Shown here: in pieces, positions 50,930-64,000 of the stretch | Layout: each line of letters begins with the position of its first letter | How positions within the stretch are numbered: position 1 is the first letter of the stretch | NCBI GenBank assembly: GCA_964016885.1 | Contig: OZ024743.1 | Location: forward strand, 289,788,001-289,852,000 | Source: Eledone cirrhosa | Lineage: Eukaryota | Reading direction: 5' to 3' | Length of the DNA: 64,000 nucleotides | The notes under the pieces: model-generated | Databases searched by the model: none | What the model was told of the DNA's origin: nothing | What the model saw: the letters and a program-made list of their open reading frames with translations, nothing else | Position numbers and translations under genes: made by a program

Positions 50930-51700
50930 ATGTTGCCAGGCGCTCACTGCACCCTACTAGTTGGATAATAGGGTCAGTGAAACTACCAGTAGAGTTCTAT
51001 AGAGGAATAGTGGTGGGAAAATGTGACGACGTCCTCGAAGAGGCTTTGGGTGTCGACGAAATCGGACTGACTAATTTGTTCCGGTTAACGGTCGAACCGG
51101 AGACTATGACACTGCTGGTTCAAGATAAACTTATAGACACGCTAAGTGTGATCAGACAAAACCATTCTGCACGTTCGCATCGGGCATCGATCGAGTACAT
51201 GTGAAGATGACCCCTGTTGCCTGTTTTCAGCCGGGAAGGGCTGACAGCTTTTCCCTGTCTGGTGGCTGTAGCAAAACATATTGTATTGTAGAGGCAGCTG
51301 AAATGACTGAAGACAAACCATTTCTCATCAATTAATCCCTGGTAAACCATTTCAAGTTCTACTTGGAAAGAAAGGTGAGGTTTGAGTGGGAAGTACTGCC
51401 CCTTAGTACATTTGCTAAAAGGTGGTGAACGTAGCGAGAATTGCCCATGTGAATGGGCCTACAATGAGCATGCATCGGTAAGCTGGTTGATTTCAGGGGA
51501 AGGATGTACTTCCTGGGTTCCCTTGAAGCGTCGGGTGGTTCAGGATTGGTGGCGTACCTGAGTCTCATCTGGGTGATTATTCCCCCTATTGGATATTGGG
51601 GAACATATGTTGTTGCAATTTTATTGTTATTTTGTATCTCGGACCGGGCGATCCGTTATGTCTTGGCAGACACTTTATTTCACGTTGCTTCTACTACCTG
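50930..51700 (+). mobile_element. L1/Tx1-like LINE 3' fragment, same family as 12385-13460
   Basis: VEFYRGIVVGKCDDVLEEALGVDE; shared CCAGGCGCTCA, AAATGACTGAAGACA and GAAGCGTC.GGTGGTTCA blocks. Confidence 0.7.
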
Positions 51701-52446
51701 GAGTTGCGACCGATAGAAAGTATTAGCAATTGGAAGGACATTGTTTCCTCGATCTGATTTGAAGAAATCGATCGACTCTTCTTTGTTATTGTTATTTTCG
51801 TTTTATCTCGGTTTGATTGTCCTGGTCTTTGCATTGTCCTCTATTTAATGCGAGTATATCTATTTACTCGTATATGTTACCTAACTAAGAACAAATCGAT
51901 TTCTTTTAGATTCTCTAGATGTGCATACGAATATAAGACTCACACAGACGTAAGAATATCAATGTAATGGAAGTAATGTAATATTAAAATTATAAGAAAT
52001 TGACCTAGAGGTTTGGTTTTTTCTATGTTATTCCTAATTGAATTAATCACAAATTATATGCTAGTGTGTAGTAACATATGTTGAAGGTGTTTAGTTTGGT
52101 TTAAGGGATGTATATATAAGAATTACCATATTTACCTTAGAGATAGACCAAGTTATTAAATAGCAAATCACAACAGAGCTTGTGGACATCCTATTTATAA
52201 ATATTCTAATGTTATTCTGAAAAGATATATTTACATAATTTACGTTAAAAAGTATTAAATAAAGAGTTGCCGTAAAATTTAATAGAAATTCAGCAACTTG
52301 AAAATGAAAACATTATTTCAGGAAATAATCAAATGAAGAAATTGAATTACGGTCCATGATGTAAAAGGGTTTTTACCTGGCCGATTCAGTAGGAGGAAGG
52401 AAAACAAACCGATGTATATCAACAGTAAACATTGATTGACAGACAG

Positions 52447-52502
<56 letters not shown>

Positions 52503-52938
52503 GTGTTCATTCTGTCTTTACAACAGCAGAGGTCCGACGAGCTTTTGATTCCAGAGTCGAGCCAGATCGATATAGATCGAACCTTGAGCTGATCATAGCG
52601 AAACGTGCATCACCAATCAATAAACGCAATGAAGGCTTAACAAATCATCTTAGTATTAGAGCTTTAGAACTATTATATTACACTCTGTTTAGCTCTACAC
52701 CTCGTTACTGACGTGAACCTAAACATCGAGTGCTCACTTGCCTGTACCTACAGTAACTTCGTTTCATTCCCTGGATATATATATATATATATATACATCC
52801 GCCGAAATGCGATTCTCGATGAATTTATATATATATAACAATAGTGACTAATACTAATATCATTTGTACTGCCTCTCTGTTTTTTGTTCTCTGTTCATTT
52901 ACTAAACTATATATATATTATATATGAAAATAAAGCTA

Positions 52939-53009
52939 TACCCAAGCGAGGAATCGAACCCCGGCCGCCGCAGTGAAATGCGGGATCCTAACCACTAGAC
53001 TACTTGGGA
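52939..53009 (-). pseudogene. tRNA-Glu(TTC)-derived gene/pseudogene with a 6-nt anticodon loop and a 1:72 mismatch
   Basis: TCCCAAG TA GTCTAGTGGTTAGGAT C CCGCA-TTTCAC-TGCGG CGGC CGGGG TTCGATT CCTCG CTTGGGT A; 71 nt; TTTATTTT just downstream. Confidence 0.8.
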
Positions 53010-53580
53010 CAACTTTATTTTCAATTGAGTTCTTAAACATGTTGGATTGATAATGTTTTCAAAAAAACTAATTAACCCGCGTGTATATTATTTTTTTTCC
53101 TCATTTCGTGGGTTGTCTCCCCTTCCCGCTTCGTGTCGCTATGATACTTCCTCAGTCAAAAACTGCTGGAATTTCAAATTTGGCGGTCATTCGAGGTGAG
53201 AGAGAGTAACTTTACGGACATGATTTTTGACAGCGGTAAGAAATTGTTTTCTTATATCAATGTTTAAAGGGCTTCCACTGATGATTTATAAGTGCCCACC
53301 TAAATATATTCTTACATGAATATATATTAGGCTTCTACATAAACTGGAAACATTCTCCCAAACTTGTAGAAAACTTATAATGAAACAATTGTTGGGAAAG
53401 AGAGATATACTTTAACTTTAATTATATCTCATAAAATAATACAACTGGTTTTTCCACATTATACATATTGTTAGCACCCCAAACACTTAAATTGGGTTTA
53501 TAGTTTAATATAACCTAATGTTTGTTGAGTGAGATGGTTACCAGTCAGAGTTTAGCTTTAAACTATCTCTGTTATTGTAT

Positions 53581-53623
<43 letters not shown>

Positions 53624-53868
53624 TTAAGGATACTATTTATGGTTATGTATACAGTAAAACCTTTTATAGTTATATATATTTTAAACCTTATGTATGTCTC
53701 TTGTTTTGAAAAGGAGGTCAAGTATGTAAACAATCATTGAAAAATTGCTCCGAAGACTTCAAACCTCGGTTTGGAAGAAACAATTGTTAGCTAATAAATG
53801 ATTTGAACAGAACTTTGATTCATGTAATTTCATATATATATATATATATATATATGTGTATGATCATG

Positions 53869-54058
53869 ATAATTGTTTCTACTTTTGGCACAAGGCCAGC
53901 AATTAACCAGTACATTACTGGTACTTTATTTTATCGACCATGTAAGGATGAAAGGCAAAGTTAATCTCGGCGGGATTTGAACTCATTTCGTAAAGGGACG
54001 TAACTGTGCTGCAAAGCATGGCGTCTGACCCTCTACCGATACTGCCAATCCACCGCCC
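53869..54058 (-). mobile_element. Nin-domain SINE
   Basis: Full match to the in-window SINE consensus. Confidence 0.9.
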
Positions 54059-54171
54059 TTATGATGATGATGATGATGGTAATCATGCTGTTGTTGGGTT
54101 AATGTTGATGCTAAAAATAATAGAATGATGTTGAAGTTCATGATATTGATGGTGATTGCAATTATTATTAA

Positions 54172-54356
54172 TAATAATTGTTTCTACCTTTGGCACAAGG
54201 CCAGCAGTTATCCCTACATTACTGTTGCATTATTTTATCGACCCCATAAGGATGAAAAGCAAAGGTAACCTCGGTGGGTTTTGTACTCAGTCCGTAAAGG
54301 GACGTAACTCTGTGCTGCAAAGCATGGCGTCCGACCCTCCACCAACACTGCCAATC
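54172..54356 (-). mobile_element. Nin-domain SINE
   Basis: Full match to the in-window SINE consensus. Confidence 0.88.
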
Positions 54357-54568
54357 AAACACCTCTAATTTACTAATAATAATATTGGAGCGGTAGACGA
54401 AGTATATATTCTAATTTCAATTTCCGGCGAGGCCGTTTTTGTTTTTCATTATTTTGGTGTCGATGAATTGAATTAGCAGTGAAGTACAGGGGCCGACTCT
54501 ATCGACAATTTGCACCACGCAAATTCGACAAGTGTCCTTATGTCGAAATAAAAAAAACCGTCAGTGAA

Positions 54569-54967
54569 TTGGCATTATCGGTAGAGGGTCGGACGCCATG
54601 CTTTGAAGCAAAGAGTTACTTCTCTTTATTGCCTGAGTTCAAATCCCGCCGCCGTTAACTTTGCCTTTCATCCTTACGGGGTCAATAAAATAAAGTACCA
54701 GTAATGCTGGCCTTGTACCAAAAGTAGAAACAATTATTACTATGGTCAGGGTGAGGGGGTGGATTCGCAGTCTCTGTAGGGTGGCCGATAAAATGCGTTT
54801 CGGCATATAGTCATGGCCCTTTAAGTTCTGTGTTCAAATCCCGCCGAGTTTAGATTTCCTATTCATCCTTACAGGGTCAATGAAATGAAGCACCATTATG
54901 TACTGGCGACGATTTAATCAATTTTCCCCTCCCCACAATTCGTTAGCCTTCTGCTTAAATCATTACT
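54569..54967 (+). mobile_element. Two Nin-domain SINEs in sense orientation (54569-54737 and about 54750-54967)
   Basis: TGGCATTATCGG..GTTCAAATCC..TTCATCCTTAC.GGGTC occurs twice. Confidence 0.85.
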
Positions 54968-55250
54968 ATGGCGATGATGATGATGTTAATGAAGTAATCT
55001 GAGTTGATATTGAGAAGTATATAAAATATGCTGATAATATGATAATATTCCCCTTTCCTCTTCTACATCATCATGATCAACATCTTCATCGAGTCAATAC
55101 TGGGTATGGAGTAAATGTGTAAATGAGAGTGATATGCTGTATAGTGATAATTATGATGATGGTGATGATTATTCAGATCATAGAGTAAAGTTTGTTGGTG
55201 ATGACAAAAACGGTGATGAAAAATGTGTTGAGGATGATGGTTATGATGAT

Positions 55251-55445
55251 AATAATTATTTCTACATTTGGCACAAGGCCACCAATTACTCCAGTGCATT
55301 ACTGGTGCTTTATTTTATCAACCCCGTAAGGATGAAAGGCAAAGTTAACCTCGGCGGGATTTGAACTCAGAATGGCAAGGGCCGTAACTCTATGCGTCAA
55401 AGCAACGCGTCCGACCCTCTACCGATACTGCCAATCCCCCGCCCT
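55251..55445 (-). mobile_element. Nin-domain SINE
   Basis: Full match to the in-window SINE consensus. Confidence 0.9.
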
Positions 55446-55611
55446 TATGATGATAATAATAGTTATCAATACTAACACCACGAGAGTAATCCTTATAAAT
55501 CATTTCAACGACGATTGGATAAATGGTGACAAAGATGGCGACGTTAACTATAATATATTTGCAGGTAATAATTATGATAATGGGAATAATAATCATGATA
55601 CTCATGAGAGA

Positions 55612-55815
55612 GTAGTGAGGATGATGATGATGATGCTGATGATATTCATGCGATAGTAATGAGGATGATGATGATGATGCTGATGATGTTCATGCGATAG
55701 TAATGAGGATGATGATGATGATGATGATGATGTTCATGCGATAGTAATGAGGATGATGATGATGATGATGATTGTCGTCATAATTATGATGATGATGATT
55801 GTCGTCATAATGATG
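55612..55815. repeat. Minisatellite of about 42-45 bp built on (GAT)n
   Basis: TTCATGCGATAGTAATGAGG(ATG)n three times, then ATTGTCGTCATAAT twice. Confidence 0.85.
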
Positions 55816-56266
55816 ATGCTGATAATGGTGAATGTGATAATGATGATGAAGTAGATGATGATGAATATAGCAATAATTATGATGTCGATGGTTATGTTAA
55901 TGTTGGTGACGGTGACAATGATGATAACATATTATGATGAAAGAAGTGTCCGAGTAATGCTTCAGCAACCCCCACCATCACCTTTAACGCCACCATCAGG
56001 ATAAGAGTAAGTTATGGCAGCTAATATCGCTTCTCGTAAACAATAAATTCAACAAGGAGTTAAATAATAATTAAGTTGAATTAGGTGTGATGTAGACAGA
56101 CTAGTGAACTTTACACTGGAACTTACTGTCAATTCTGGAGACAACAGAACGTCTTGTATTCTCCTATAATATTCATATATACGTGTAAATACACACACGC
56201 ACACACACACACATATATATATATACATATATACATATATAAATACACACACACGCATATATATAT

Positions 56267-56322
<56 letters not shown>

Positions 56323-56327
56323 CAGAG

Positions 56328-56383
<56 letters not shown>

Positions 56384-58010
56384 CATTTATATATATATAT
56401 TTGCTCATAAGTGTGTGTGTATGGTTTGAGTAGCTGCGGATGTCTCTTGCATCACGTTCTGCGAAATTTGAAAAGGCAATTAAAAGAATGATATAGAGGG
56501 AGAGAGAAAAAGAGAGAGAGAGTCTGAGAAAAAGAGTGTGTGAGAGAGGACACGAAGAGTAAAACAGAGAGATAGAGCAGTGAAGGAGAGTGAAAATGAG
56601 AGAAAAGACAGTTAAAATGGTACATAAATTGAATCATAAAGTTAACTTTGATAATTATAACGTGCTAATTTCCTTCCGTTCTTTCTCGAGCTCGAGCTAA
56701 CATCGATCACCGTCTTCCCACACTCATCACCGTCTCATTTTTATCCATCTGTTTTTCTCTTTCTTTCTCTCTTTATGATTTTCTCGTTCAGGCCCATGTT
56801 TCGATCTTTCCATTCTCATTCTTACTTTGTTTATCTTCCACACATTCTATTACTATTCCCGCCATCACAGCCTTTCTCCGTTTCTTTCACACCCTCGCCT
56901 GAGCGCCTTCTCTCTCACTCACCTCATCACCATCTCCCTTCTTCTCTTTATCACTCCAGTTATGTCTATCTCACTTTTTCTCTGCCAATGTCTCTCTATA
57001 TCTCTCTCTATCTCCGATTGTATGACTCATTCACCTCATATTCCCCCTTCTCTCCCCTCCTTCTCCTCATTATCACTATTTTAACACATTCTCCTTTTAA
57101 ATTTCTCATTTCTTGACTTACCTTTTCCACATTCTCCGTTTCTCCTTTACTTCTCTTTCACTTTCTCTAACTTTCTCTTTCTTTCACAATTTAACACTAT
57201 TCTTCTATCATTTTTTCTCTTTTTCGCGTCGTTTTCCTACTCAGTATCACAATTCTCCTATTATTACTATTGTATATATCTCACTAAATATTGCCTTTCC
57301 TGAAATACTTTCTACCTACTCTCTCTCTCCTTCTTTCTTTCTCTCTTTGTCTGTCTCACTCCTACTCTCTCTCTCCCCATCTCTCTATCTTTCTCTCTCT
57401 CACACACACACACCTATCATACGTACACTTTCCTGACTTCTAGCCAATGAGAATTTATTGAAGAAAAATATACAAAGTACAAGAATGTCGAATTATACCA
57501 AGGATTACCAACGCACTCAACGAAGACAAATTTCCAGTAACTGGAAGGTATAATTCTCATATAAGAATTAGGATTGTTTTCGTGTTGTTAATAGTGCTTA
57601 GCGTATATATCTCCCCAGGAGAGAGAATATAAATCTAACTACTTACCGTAGATTAGTAAACTCATATTGTATTATAATTCTGTATATATTTGCTTTCTTT
57701 CAGCATGTACATTTTCAGTAAAGTAATGCCTACACTATACAGATATACAATTTCTGCACATATACGTATGCTATTTTTCCGAAAAACAATAAGCCGAGGT
57801 GATCTGAAGTGATACGGTATAATTTCATGTGTAATATCCTCAGGCATGTGGAAAGAAAGTTCGATTTGAAATAATTTTAATTCAAGGTTCGATTTCCCAC
57901 CGATGCAGTTTTCGTCCAATTTCTTCTACCATGATCTTTTCGGTTAACCATGTCTTCGTGAAGTGAATCAGTAGACGGATATTAGTATAATAGGGTGTCC
58001 CGTATGTTAC

Positions 58011-58176
58011 ATAATTGTTTTTACGTTTGGCACAAGGCCAGCAATTATCCAGTGCATTACTGGTACATTATTTTATCGACCCCGTAAGGATGAAAGGCAA
58101 AGTTAACCTCGGCGGGATTTGAACTCAGAATGGCAAAGGCCGTAACTCTATACGTCAAAGCATGGCGTCCGGCCCT
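58011..58176 (-). mobile_element. Nin-domain SINE, slightly 5'-truncated
   Basis: Consensus match. Confidence 0.88.
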
Positions 58177-58285
58177 AAACGTGCAACACATTTGACTTTC
58201 GAATTTCAAGGTGACTTTTAGTGCGACACACACCTACTCACACGCATGCATATGCACAAATATATGTATTGGTACATACACGCAT

Positions 58286-64000
<5,715 letters not shown>

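Noticed and set aside
52585-52612. CTGATCA-tagc-GAAA-cg-TG
   Set aside because: No stem II, core mismatch and a non-cleavable triplet.
52939-53009. Opal suppressor or tRNA-Sec reading of the TCA in the loop
   Set aside because: Body is tRNA-Glu-like with no long variable arm; a 7-nt TCA-centred loop would break the anticodon stem.
56125-56170. Possible 37-nt minus-strand exon ending in GTAAGT
   Set aside because: Acceptor lacks a polypyrimidine tract and abuts a microsatellite; no supporting homology.

Overview
AT-rich, microsatellite-dense animal genomic DNA, probably from an octopod cephalopod (inferred from the abundant tRNA-headed Nin-domain SINE and the repeat landscape). I see no convincing host protein-coding exon, so the window reads as intronic or intergenic. 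Contents: one 5'-truncated Penelope-like element (PLE) with an almost intact RT + GIY-YIG ORF (about 21964-24303) and a hammerhead ribozyme (HHR) in its 3' UTR; several PLE fragments; RTE, Tx1/L1-like, CR1-like and Dong/R4-like LINE relics; an internally deleted Helitron; about 18 SINE copies; and a tRNA-Glu-like pseudogene. The most striking feature is invisible in the ORF track: roughly 20 type I hammerhead motifs from about ten unrelated sequence families. Eight near-intact copies lie in two tandem arrays of a 420-460 bp non-coding unit (2851-4586 and 28460-30190). These look like non-LTR retrozymes with a conserved octamer, a shared 3' end joined to (TA)n, and a 5' inversion. Several other HHR families show the same divergent inverted architecture, suggesting PLE-mobilised, ribozyme-bearing non-autonomous RNAs. 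All calls were made by eye, with no alignment, folding or database search.
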